64,000 nt of DNA from Squalus acanthias (GCA_030390025.1 CM059439.1:82460001-82524000); one strand, 5' to 3'; counted from the first letter of the stretch, positions 1 to 11,633 are shown. Numbers and translations are program-made. Notes: a model not told the origin generated them from the letters alone.

Positions 1-585
1 AACTTTTTGCTTGTTTCTACACTATTTACTGTGCCACCTAACTTAGTTTCGTCAGCAAACTTGGATATACGACTCTCTATTCCTTAACCCAAATCATTTA
101 TAAATACAGGAAACTTTCGTTTATCCGGCACCCAAATATCCGGAATTCTCGCTTAACCGGCAAAAATCATCCTCCGAAAACTCCTCTCAAATAACCGGCA
201 ATGTTGCCGAGTCGCAGTCGAGTCTCCGCGAACGCCGAGTGCTCCGAAAAATCCTCTCAAATAACCGGCAATGTTGCCGATCCCGAGTCCGCGAACGCCG
301 ATTTAGTCAGTAGGGGTACTTTTCAAAAGTGCCACTACTCGGCCTCCTGGCGCTGTCGCAAGTCCGAAACATTGCAGTAGCTTGAATAGATTCTCCCGTG
401 CTGCTTGGAGTCTCTTTGTTAAAAATAGCCTCAGTAGATATAACTCTCTGTTATCTGGTACTTTCGATAAACCGGCACCACGCCGGTCCCGTCGATGCCG
501 GATAAACGAAAGTTTCCTGTATAGTGAAAAGATGAGGCCCCCAGTCCAGATCCCTGTGGGACACCGCTGGTCACACCCAGCCATC
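1..585 (-). mobile_element. CR1-type LINE RT fragment, interrupted by a MITE at 107-519
   Basis: Minus strand encodes FADETKL-like RT motif (40-62); sequence resumes at 522 with similarity to CR1 at 13160-13235. Confidence 0.8.
107..519. mobile_element. Tc1/mariner-superfamily (pogo/Tigger-like) MITE
   Basis: Perfect 24-bp TIRs caggaaactttcgtttatccggca (107-130 / 496-519), TA target duplication (105-106, 520-521), internal ~70-bp tandem duplication. Confidence 0.9.
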
Positions 586-1069
586 CCGTCATAGCAAGGT
601 GAGGGGGAAGAAAGCGAGAGCAAGATATAATTTTAACAAAGTGACCATATGCTGGGACATGTTGAGGGTTCAGTACTAAAGGACTCTTCAAGGAAGTCCC
701 AGGAACTGCCGGAAATCTGTCAGTAGTCGGGGAGGTGCAACATTTCAGCTTTAACATTCCTACAGAACGGCTCCAGGAGACATTCGCATTGGCTAGTTTG
801 GCTTCTAATAACATTTCAGGATATATGGATGCCTTGTTCGGAGAAAATTGGGGGAAACAGTTAATTAGATGCAAAGTAGGGACATTGGTCATCTGATCAG
901 AGGAACAAAACAGGTTTTTAATCACATCCAGCTTGCTCTGTGCTGACCCTTGTTCATTATTTCTGATCTTAAGTTCAGATTCCTGCACTCCTTGCTGATT
1001 CTTTTGATGCTTTCTTTCGTTCCAAAGCAGCATGCACAAAGGCACAGATACTCAAAAGAAAAAAAGTCT

Positions 1070-2313
1070 CCCATTTTGTTTTTGCACAATATTTTATTTT
1101 CTTTGTCCCATTGCAACAGTTCTCATCAAAAGTGAGTCGATGGTTTGGGATTAAACCCACACTCTTCACACCTTCAATAAACAAAAACAACAGCGGCAGA
1201 CGCTGGAAATCTGTCAGCAGTTGGAGGGAGGGGAGGGGCAACGTTTCAGCTTCAACATTCCTACAAAACAGCTCCAGGAGACATTCCAATTGGTTAGTTA
1301 GGTACGAATTTGGCAAAACGTTATTCTAATAAAGTTATAAGACGCGTTGAGTTAAAACAGTTAAAGGGATTCATGCAGAAAATGAATGGGTTTAAGAAAG
1401 AAAAGCGTGCTTGGAGCTCGTGCTCTGCATTACTACTGTTCCCTTTGTCCAGTTTGGCAGCGTCATTTCCCAAGGGTCACTTGCTTTTTCCAGGAAACCT
1501 TTTTTGTACAACCACAGAAACTGGTCATCTTTCTCTCTGTGTCTCTCACACACACGGCAGCTTCTTACTATGTACAGTAAACTAGTTTGTTAAAACAACA
1601 AAAAAAGTTTTTTGAAACATTTCCTCAAATGGTCATGTTGATGAACATTTTTCAACTTGATAAAAGTTTGATTTAAAAACAAAATAATTTCTAAGATGTT
1701 GTGGTTTATAGCTTGTTTTTGTTCATGTCAGATTTTTCAGCCACATAAAACCTCACTTGTAAAATATCTTTGGCTGGGCACTCATTTAACACAGGATGTA
1801 TTACCCTGAAAGTAACCAACCCGCAATACAACAATCCAAGTCCCAGTCTCTTTAGATACTCCTACCATTTACACAGACTACCTCCATTCTATGTGCTTCT
1901 CAGTTAGATATATACACCCTCTAGCCAGAGAATTTAAACTCTAAATTACACAACACTTGAAAATTCCACTTCTTGTAAAATAATTGTTCCATTCTCTACT
2001 CTTTCTTACAACATCTTCGAGAGCAGGAATTCTAACAGAAATAATTAAAAAAGTCACTTTAAATTCTACAAGTAATTATTTACCCCATTACAATCTTACA
2101 GTTAATTTCTGTACAGGTTTCATACAGTTCTCCACAGCGGAGTAAGACTTTTGCAGAGTGCACAATGATGATATTAGGCATTGTCCCATGAATAATATCT
2201 CATGATCCGAAGCATGAAAAAACAGTCCTAGCAGCACCTGTGAACAACTCCTCAAGAGTGAATTCAGAAAGCTCAGTCCATGTGCGTCTGGTCAGAAACA
2301 TCTGGATTCCCTC
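1070..2313 (-). other. RASAL2: Probable RASAL2 3'UTR (5' boundary on + strand approximate)
   Basis: AT-rich, largely repeat-free sequence between the stop codon and a polyadenylation signal. Confidence 0.6.
1093..1098 (-). terminator. Candidate polyadenylation signal AATAAA
   Basis: Minus strand AATAAA followed by CA-A-rich sequence and a U/GU-rich element (tttttttcttttgagtatctgtgcctttgtg). Confidence 0.55.
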
Positions 2314-2478
2314 TCAACAGCTGCTGTTCTTGAACTCCCCGTTCTCCGTTATTGACAGCTTGGTGGGGTTGGTGGGAGAGATCCCGTTCCGAGTTTGCAT
2401 GCTGTAACGTTCCTTGACCTGCGTTAGAGCATTCATCAGCCGAGAGTTGGCAGAGTCCAGGGAGACGATTCGTTTCTC
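2314..2478 (-). CDS. RASAL2: RASAL2 last coding exon (EKRIVSLDSANSRL...SITENGEFKNSSC*)
   Basis: Translated by hand. Acceptor tctcag|GAG; TGA at 2316-2314; 165 nt. Confidence 0.96.
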   Translation of the reverse strand, partial: EKRIVSLDSANSRLMNALTQVKERYSMQTRNGISPTNPTKLSITENGEFKNSSC

Positions 2479-3756
2479 CTGAGAGAAAAGCAAAGCAAGT
2501 CAGGTAAGGGGGGGCTGGGGAATGGGGATGAATTTCTCTGACAACAGTGTGCATGGATGGTTTTTAATAGTACAAAAATAAAACAAATAGCCAAACCATT
2601 GTTTGAGATTACCAGCAGGGCGAGGACACAACACACTGAGAAAGGAGGAGGGAAGCGGCCAAAGCTGGAGTCTAACAAAGGCCTGAAAAAATCCTCTGGT
2701 CCAACTCCATCCCAACTGCGGACTGTTGCAATGGATCAGGTTTATTTTTTTGCACTGGTCAAGTTTCATTCTTACAAGCAGAAGCACAGCAGACTCCAGT
2801 ATAAACACTCTAAATGTACGTGGCTCCCTTACCAACAGAAAGCCCACATCGAACACTCCTCCTTCATAATGTGCTGTTTTTGAATAACTCCCAAAGACAG
2901 CAAATGTAAGGACTGTTTTCTTACACTCCGCGTTAATGTGGCTGCATTAACACTGCATTTTATTTGCACAGCAGCATAATGGAAAACTATACTTTCACTA
3001 TTGGGAGACGTTGGATTGGTTTGGTAGAGGTTACAGCTTTACAAGCACACTACTGACGGGGGGAGGCAGGGGAAGAGGTGATGCAAATTTAGAAGACAGG
3101 ACACTTAATTGGGGGCGAGGAGAATGAAGCAACAGTTATCAATGACCAAAGGAGATCCGTTTTCTCATGAGTGGAAAGGACCCCTCTGGGTATAATGAAG
3201 TGCTATTGGTTCAGTATTCCCTTTGTACTATGTGTTCAGCTTTCTTTTATTAGACTAGAAAAGAACAGCTGTTCATAGTTGGATCAGACCAGACTACCTT
3301 CCAAGCACATCATATACGATGAGCATCTCAACACCTTTGGGGAAAAAAAGTGCAGCTTTTCAAAGGCTATTAAGTTCATTAAAAAAAACCTAAAATTCCT
3401 TATAAAAGTTGTGCATTTGGCAGAAAGTGAAATTGTATTTATAAACTTGAATAATCTTTATTCATCCCCATGGCTATTATTCAAACAGTCAATGTTGGCA
3501 AGCTATTTGACTGCAGGGGACATCACAGCCAACTATTTCCAGCAGGTGTCACTGGATCACCAGTGGGAGCAGGAACTCTGGCTGATTTTACCATCCCCAA
3601 AGTAAGGGTGCTGAGGAGAACATGGTGCTTTTACTGTCACCCTGGCTGACATCAGCTGACTCAACACAAACTTGGAGTTGAACCTAGGGGCTTCCCGAGT
3701 GAAAAGCCTTTGAAAGATTAGAAACAAAACAGCGGGGGGGGGGGGGGGGGATCATC

Positions 3757-3860
3757 ACAGTCTCTGTTAAGGTGCGCACGCATGCGCAAAACTTTGAATG
3801 GGCTGCGCATTGGGGGAGGCAGGCAGCGCAGGAGGCAGTGCAGCTTATGGGGGACATAGG
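3757..3860 (+). mobile_element. Degenerate copy of the small hAT-like MITE seen at 34616-34768
   Basis: Shares ttgaatgggc(t/c)gcgca core and a decayed gggaca end. Confidence 0.4.
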
Positions 3861-4039
3861 CCATCATACATTAGCGCACCACCAATTTCATCCAGAGGAA
3901 ACTAAATGCAGGTGAAAGTTAATTCAACTGCAAACAATTGGAATCTTGAATGCTCTGCTAAACCCATAGAGAGTTTGAATTTTTTCCATTAGATTAGTGG
4001 GACTCCCTGATTAGTGTTGTGGGCAAATGATGGGGAACT

Positions 4040-4310
4040 GAGATATATAGGCCAGGAGGGTCCTGGGTTTGATGCTCTGTGCTGAGTTACCTGATCTCAC
4101 CCATGGCCCCCATTCCTCATGGCTATCCAGGGACTCTACTGGAAAGAGCATGTGTGCATATCAGTTGAGGATAGAATTAGGCTTGGCTGTCCTGTCCTCC
4201 CAAGATTGAACTGCACGCTGCCAGTCACTGAGCTCCTGTATGGCAAATGGCCACTTACTGGAGGTATTGCCAGCACCCAGGGAACATCACTGTAGCACGA
4301 GCCATTGCTT
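4040..4310 (+). repeat. Old SINE-like interspersed repeat (unclassified family, many copies in window)
   Basis: Shares gctgagtt..ctgatctca, ctggaaag..tgtgtg and ggcttggctgt blocks with 48020-48330 and 60500-60790. Confidence 0.6.
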
Positions 4311-4880
4311 TCTGACGACAGAGAAAGACAAAGAGAAAACTGACAGGAGAAGAGAAAGGAAAACTGTGATGTGTTTCTTTAGAAATTTGCTGTGGGTATA
4401 GCAGACCCCCGAAGATCTGCCTTTTCAGTTATAGAGCTGTACAGAGTGATGCAATGCTTGGTGCTCGTGATCCAACCAGCTACTCATGCAGTGTTGCTTC
4501 ATTTTGCACCTTTGAAATTTCACTGTTCTGTTCATTATGTTCTTTTTTAAAATAAGTAATGTTGATAGATGCAGTGGGGGGAAAAAAATCACGCAGTCAG
4601 AACGTGCAACAACAAGCCCGCACAATGCTAGCTGGAGAGAGGGGGAGGGACCAGTGGGTTTTTCTCATCTCTATGAACTGCTTTGCTAGGAAACGGAATC
4701 TTACTTGCCTGTTATGCTCATCCCATCCTCACAATTGACCTGTAACCAATACAGTGAACATGTCACGGGCAATATTCGGCAACCTTAGCTGCTTTCTGAA
4801 GAGACAGTGTTTCTTTTGTGATAAATACACAATTGAGGGAATAAAGCACATCTTCATCCATTATTACACAAATGGCTACC

Positions 4881-6404
4881 AAAGAGGTGGCTATAGAGAT
4901 AGTGGATGCATTGGTTGTCATCTTCCAAAATTCCATAGTTTCTAGAACGGTTCCCGCGGATTGGAAGGTAGCAAATGTAACCCCACTATTTAAGAAAGGA
5001 GGGAGATAGAAAACAGGGAACTACAGACCAGTTAGCCTGACATCAATGCTAGAATCTATTATTAAGGACGTGGTAACAGAGCACTTAGAAAATAATAATA
5101 GGATTGGGCAGAGTCAACACGGATTTATGAAAGGGAAATCATGTTTGACGAATCTGTTCAGGTTTTTTGAGGTTGTAACGAGCAGAATAGATAAGGGGGA
5201 ACCAGTGGATGTGGTGTATTTGGATTTTCAGAAGGCATTCAATAAGGTGCCACACAAGAGGTTATTAAACAAAATTAGGGCTCATGGGACTGGGGGTAAT
5301 ATACTAGCATGGACTGAGGATTGGTTAACGGACAGAAAACAGAGAGTAGGAATAAACAGGTAATTTTCGGGTTGACAGGCTGTAACTAGTGGGGTAGCGC
5401 AAGGATCAGTGCTCGGGCCTCAGCTATTCACAATCTATATCAATGATTTAGATGAGGGGACCAAATGTAATATATCCATGTTTGCTGATGATACAAAGCT
5501 GGGTGGGAATGTAAGTTGTGAGGAGGATGCAAAGAGGCTTCAAGGAGATATAGACATGCTAAGTGAGTGGGCAAAAACATGGCAAATGGAATATAATGCA
5601 GAGAAATGTGAAGTTATCCACTTTGGTAGGAAAAATAGAAAAGCAGAGTATTTTTTAAATGGAGAGAGATTGGGAAATGTTGGTGTTCAGAGGGACCTGG
5701 GTGTCCTTGTACATGAATCACAAAGTTAACATGCAGGTACAGCAAGCAATTAGGAAAGCAAATGGTATGTTGGCCTTTATTACAAGGATTTGAGTATAAG
5801 AGTAAAGACGTCTTACTGCAATTATATAGGGCCCTGGTGAGACCACACCTGGAGTATTGTGTACAGTTTTGGTCTCCTTACCTAAGGAAGGATATACTTG
5901 CCACAGAGGGAGTGCAACGAAGGTTCACCAGACTGATTCCTGGGATGAGGGGATTGTCCTATGAGGAGAGATTGAGTAGACTAGGCCTATATTCTCTAGA
6001 GTTTAGAAGAATGAGAGGTGATCTCATTGAAACGTACAAAATTCTTAACAGGGCTTGACAGGGTAGTTGCAGGGAGGATGTTTCTCCTGGCTGGGCAGTC
6101 TAGAACCAGGGGTCACAGTATCAGAATAAGGGGTCGGCCATTTAGGACTGAGATGAGGAGAAATTTCTTCACTCAGAGGGTGGTGAATCTTGGGAATTCT
6201 CTACCCGAGGGCTGTGGAGGCTCAGTTATTGAGTATATTCAAGACAGAGATCAATAGGTTTTTGGATATTAAGTGAATCAAGGGATATGGGGATAGTGCA
6301 GGAAAGTGGAGTTGAGGTAGAAGATCAGCCATGATCTTATTGAATGGCGGAGCAGGTTCGAGGGGCCAAATGGCCTACTCCTGCTCCTATTTCTTATGTT
6401 CTTA
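4881..6404 (+). mobile_element. 5'-truncated CR1 LINE (RT, C-terminus, 3'UTR), disrupted
   Basis: ORFs with QHGF, YLDFQKAF, FADDTKL, RPHLEYCVQFW; tail tcttatgttctta. Confidence 0.95.
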
Positions 6405-7644
6405 AACAAAAAATGATGGTGGCCAACGGTAGCTATCATACATTCCAAAAATTAAACCAGAATGGATGTGGAAGTATTTCAACATTGGCTAAGTGAACAC
6501 CCAGCCAGAGCTCCTGGAGTTTAAATCTTAGGCTCACCTAAAGAGCCATGCCAGTTCTCAGCTGGCCCACTTAGGAAAGAAAAGAGATGGGGGAGAGATT
6601 GAGAGAAAGGAAATTAGAGGGAGGAGAAGAGAACAAGAGAGAAATCGAAGAGAAAATGGAAAGAGAAATCAGAGGGAGCAGGAAATGGGGTGGGATCAAA
6701 ATGAGAGAGAGAGAAGAGAGCAAGTGAGATAATCCAGAGGAAAGAGTATATAGAAAATCAGTGGTAGCAGGAGGGAGTTTTAAAAAGGGGGAGAAGAAAA
6801 CAGCACTAAGAAAGAAGCTTGTAGACCCGATTATTCAAGGATGACTACCCACTGACCAGGATTGTGGAAATTTCCACAGCCCAGACCAGCTTTCCCAGTA
6901 AAGGAAATGTTTGGCAATGACTAAAATTTTCTCCCCCTCCTCACCTGCCATGCCCCATCTTTGTATTCAGCTGCTCATTGATATTTTAGTAGACAGGTCA
7001 GACATTTCAGGCTTTGGTTCCTTCTAAGATTGTTTGACTCTCAAATACCTCTATTTAGTTAATCTGCACCTTGAATCATCTGAACTGCTAATAAAATGAT
7101 CATAGAAAGGAACACCCAGTCTAACTTGTTGATATGTTCCCTAATTGTCTATTTTTTCTGCAGTCCAGTTGAGGTTCTGTGCTCCTGGGCTGCAGTAGTC
7201 TGGTGTTCTTGTCACAACAATGAGGATGAAAGTAGTTGTTAAAAAAAAATTAACAGTCAACAAATATGAAAATGAAGACCAAGTTTCTCAAATGCCAACT
7301 AAAAATCAAGATGAATAGACAAGCCTAAAACTAAAACACTGGCTAGTCATCCAAGAAGTGAGACATTTATGAAACACAAAATTTCAACAATAAAAAGGCA
7401 ATAGTACAATTAAGAAAGCAAAAATCATTTTTTAAATTTTCTCAAAGACAAACTAAAACATAGGCTCAAAAGCCTGCACTAAAACTAGGACTAAACTTCT
7501 TCCACAGACTGCAATTAATATTTGAGAGAGACCAGACTGGCTGTGCGTTAGTTTACTTTCTTCCCTCATCTCCTCCAGACGGATTGCATCATTTCCTTAT
7601 TCAGTGATTTGGCTGAGAACTGCTGTCGCAGCTTCAGAGAGAGC

Positions 7645-7962
7645 TTATTATGGATTCAGTGCAGTCCTTCAAAAGGCAGCTGGACGAGTTCCTCAAAAAC
7701 AAGGACATCTCTGGATGTAGGAGGTAGACGGGTGGAAGGGTAGCTGTAATGATTGATACCAGCTGCTGCAGACGTGTGGAGCTTCCTTGATTGCCTCTCT
7801 GGGTCGGAGAGGAATCTGAGTTCTTTCCTAAATTAGCCTATGGTATTTTCGTCTCTCCTTGGAGATTGTATGACGGGGGTGGGGGGTGTTGACTGCACCA
7901 TATCTGGATGAAATAGCTGAATGGACCACTTGGTCTTCTCCTGTCCTTCTCTGTATGTTCAT
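7645..7962 (+). mobile_element. Old CR1-like 3' end fragment
   Basis: ttcaaaaggcagctggac... and gctgaatgg...tctcctgtcc...tatgttc resemble CR1 3' ends. Confidence 0.45.
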
Positions 7963-8280
7963 TCAAACATTTAAGTGCTTAAATCTTTCATGTTGCTTCC
8001 TTTTTAATGCAAGCTCCTTACTTTCATTTTGCACTGATTTATTTGATGTGGTGGAAGACCTCTCTTGCACTTCAAGAGCTGACCAGTAGATGGCATTTGT
8101 TCCTTTTTATAGTCTATGAAAGTTTTTTTTAAACCACAGCTCAATGCATCGTGTGGTTAAATTTCGAAATTTAAACAATGCATGTTCAGCATGTTCAATT
8201 TAATAATCTGAGCCTACTGGAATTGTACTGTTTCTTAATAAAACTGTGTGTCAGATGCAAATTTAGTTATTACATCTCGG

Positions 8281-9108
8281 TAAATATTGGGAAGACCAAA
8301 GCCACTGTTTTCGGTCCCCGCCACAAACTCCATTCCCTAGCCGACTCCATCCTTCTCCCTGGCAAATGTCTGAGGCTGAACCGGACTGTTCGTAACCTTA
8401 GTGTCGTATTTGACCCCGAGAGGAGCTACCGGCCACATATCCGTGCCAAAACTAAGACCGCCTACTTCCACCTCCGTAACATCGCCTGACTCCACCCCTG
8501 CCTCAGCTCATCTGCTGCTGAAACCCTCATCCATTCCTTTGTTACCTCTAGACTTGACTATTCCAGCGCACTCCTGGCCAGCCTCCCATCTTCCACCCTC
8601 CATAAACTTAAGCTCATCCAAAGCTCTGCAGCCCGTGTTCTAACACGCACCAAGTCCCATTCACCCATCACCCCTGTGCTCGCTGACCTACATTGGCTCC
8701 CAGTTGAGCAACGCCTCGATTTTAAAATTCTCATCCTAGTTTTCAAATCCCTGCCTAGCTTAGTCCCTCCCCATCTCTGTAACCTCCTCCAGCCCTACAA
8801 CCCCCAGCAATATCTGCGCTCCTCCAATTCTGGTCTCCTGCGCATCCCCGATTTTAATCGCTTCACCACTGGTGGCTGTGCCTTCAGCTGCCGAGGACCT
8901 AAGCTCTGGAATTCGCTCCCTAAACCTCTCTACCCTCCTTTAAGACACTCCTTAAAACCCACCTCTTTGACCAACTTTTTTGTCATCTGCTCCAATATCT
9001 CCTTTTGTGGCTCCTGTCAAATTTTGTTTGCTAACGCTCCTGTGAAGTGCCGTGGGACGTTTCACTATGTTAAAGACGCTATATAAATGCAAGTTGTTGT
9101 TGTTGTTG
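8281..9108 (+). mobile_element. 5'-truncated L2-clade LINE
   Basis: ORFs with VRNLSVVFD, AYFHLRNIA, SRLDYS, LHWLPVEQRLDFKIL; tail gctatataaatgcaa(gtt)n. Confidence 0.92.
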
Positions 9109-9239
9109 TGTTTAATGCTCATTTATCCTTAAGGTTGCTTTTCCACTCCAGCATAAATTCGGGATATTTACCCCGTCCAAATCCAATTTTCTCCCCTCTT
9201 TTTCTGACTCAATGGTCCCTCCAGAACCTCAAACAACAG

Positions 9240-9545
9240 GCCGTTCTACTCAGCAGGCTATTCATTTGTGGGAGGCACCAGAACTAAGCGAGGCTGATTC
9301 TGTTCCCATCTGCAACTGACGCACATCCTTCCCAGTGGAAGTCACCAAGAATGATTAGGAGTGGGAACCCTGGCTGACTTTTCCCCTCCCAACCATTGGG
9401 GCCACCGTGGCCAACTACAGCGTGCCCACCATCACCCTGGCTCTGACCGGCTAACTCAGTACTACCAGGGATCAAAACTGGGCACCTTCCTGGGTCCATA
9501 TGACCAAGCCACGACAACAGGCAACCCACCAAGCTAGCAGGGGAG
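9240..9545 (-). repeat. Old SINE-like repeat (same family as 4040-4310)
   Basis: Reverse-complement blocks of the family (gctaactcag..ccagggatcaaa, ctggctgacttttccc). Confidence 0.55.
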
Positions 9546-9994
9546 CAGAGATTTGGAGTTTAGTTTCTTGTTGCAGTCGGTGATTCTGCTGACTTCACAG
9601 CAGCAGCCCCGACAGCTTCAGAGCTTGCGTCATGTTATCATGGGTTTCATAATGGTCCTCAGTAAATCATTTCTCCTTGTTGTTAACCTTTTTGACTCCT
9701 AGGATGCTCTCTGCACTACACACTACCACCTTCCAGAAACTAGCCTTTTTATTCAGTAATCATTTGTTTTCAAGAACAATTGTTTTAACTTTCCTTTGGA
9801 TTCCCCCCTACCCGCCACAACTGATATTTACATTTTGATAAGTACATTTTGTTGAAAATCTACCCGGAAGGGACTCCCTCGAACCAGAATTTACAAAATC
9901 TTTGTTTCTAATTTGATAATCCAACCAAAAATGAAATGAGAAAGTTGACATCTTCACAATCAAATCAGGAAGCTGAGCACTGACGCACACTCAC

Positions 9995-10082
9995 CTGGGC
10001 TTCAATAATCTTCTGTTTGGCATCAATCACTGCCTGCATTTCTGAGTGGTCTTTCTTCAGTTCTTCTTCCACTGCCATCAGT
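9995..10082 (-). CDS. RASAL2: RASAL2 coding exon, coiled coil ([29 protein letters not shown])
   Basis: Translated by hand. Acceptor tttgcag|A, donor CAG|gtgagt; 88 nt, phase 2 to 0. Confidence 0.95.
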
Positions 10083-10905
10083 CTGCAAACCAGAGAAGAG
10101 GAGTAAAGTGTCAGGACACAAATCCGAGAAGGCAGCTGCACATCACAGGAAGTGACAGCTACTTACAGCAGGGTATGTTTCACCAGTGGCGACGACAGTA
10201 TCTCTTTCAGTCCAAACCAGAGCTGATTTATTATTTGCCCCCAGGGTCCTTCAGAAACCTCGGTAATCCAGGTCCAGTGACTGAACACTGTCCACGTGAT
10301 CCCGACAAAGCTGCTCTGACCTGGCTATTGGAGGTGACCCCAGGGTCAGCTGTTGCTCCAATTCTTCCTCTCCTGTACAGTTACGGCTCTTGGCCTCCAC
10401 ACCCAGCATAGCGAAGATCAGTAACTCAGTTTCAACAGATAATGGAAGTGGTGCCCCCTACATGCTGGTGGGCGAAAATGCCAACTCCCGCCTCCAATTA
10501 CATTTGGGTTTGGCACCAGGCCCACCGAGGAGTCGCTGCTATGCTGGTCCTGATTCAGTCACAAGGCAGTCTAAAAGCACCAAATGGAAACTAGAATTGT
10601 CTCCCTCCCTGCAATAGGTGTCTGACATGCTCCTCACCCTTATAATTGCTGCATTCTTCTATTTATTTCTTACCATCATAAAAGTACAGAATTCTGGTGG
10701 CCAGTTTTCAATTTTTAGGGTTATGCTGTCTATTACACCTTTTTCTCACTGAAAGCAGAAACCCAATAGTCCCTGTACTAAAGCAAAATGTTTTGACTAC
10801 CTACCTATCAATCAGCCCTGACACATGGTGGTAAACCAGCAATACTAAGAAGTTAACCGGTCAGATTGGTGTATGTCACGATCAGCAGTCAGATCTGACA
10901 ACAGT

Positions 10906-11182
10906 GACAACAACTTGCATTTATATTGGCCCGGATTTTACTGGGGGTGGCGTGGCAGCGGGGGGGGGGGGGGGGGGGGAGGGTAGGTAATGCACAAGAG
11001 ACCAGTGTCAGAGGAACAAAGGGTTTCACAGGACGTGGAGGGAAGGGGTACTGTTGTGCTGGAGGAGGTTACAAAGACATGGAGAGATGAGGCCATGAAG
11101 GGGCTTAAACACAAGGATAAGAATTTTAACCTGGAGGTTTTGGGGGACCGGGAGCCAATGTAGGTCAGCAAAGTGATGGGCG
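10906..11182 (-). mobile_element. L2 LINE 3' fragment with internal poly-G
   Basis: caacaacttgcatttatat tail; remainder is reverse-similar to 8670-8850. Confidence 0.75.
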
Positions 11183-11633
11183 AGATTTCCTTCAGCTGCC
11201 AGAAATCTAAGGATACAGCCAAGTGATTATAACTTAGTACTTCGCTATTGTGATATGATTTGAGTGGAGTTCTGACTTCACCTGCACCAGTACGTCACCA
11301 GCAAAGTGTGAGAGACAGTAACGGATGCATCTCAGAATGAAGAGGTAGCATCCAATCAGGAACAGAGACATGATCTGAATATTAACGTCCTCAATTTTCA
11401 GAGGGTTTAGTTACTGTTTAACACAAATATTTTTCTTGGTGTTGTTCTGTTTTTATTTGAACATGACAACAGTGTTGTGTGCCCCAAGTCATACAGAAGA
11501 CTGATTTTTGACTTGACGCCTCAAGGTGTACTAGACTTGTTACACAGGACTTAGAGAATTAAGTTTTTTGAAGATGTTTTTGTTTTGAATTGGAGGAGGA
11601 CTCACTGCTCCCACAACCTGTAGTATGGCTGAC

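Noticed and set aside
172-302. Two ~38-bp direct repeats with spacers, superficially CRISPR-like
   Set aside because: Only two units, the spacers are themselves similar, and it is an internal duplication of a MITE in a vertebrate genome with no cas genes.
431-1045. 204-aa minus-strand ORF
   Set aside because: Runs across unique sequence, a CR1 remnant and a MITE with no recognisable homology; likely chance.
5046-6257. RT-like ORFs as a possible functional reverse transcriptase or retron-like system
   Set aside because: Fragmented by stops and frameshifts, 5'-truncated and with a typical CR1 3' tail; the same applies to the other CR1 copies.
7100-7210. Possible alternative terminal exon after a U-rich stretch in the last intron
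   Set aside because: Acceptor context is weak and the short peptides are unrecognisable; insufficient support.
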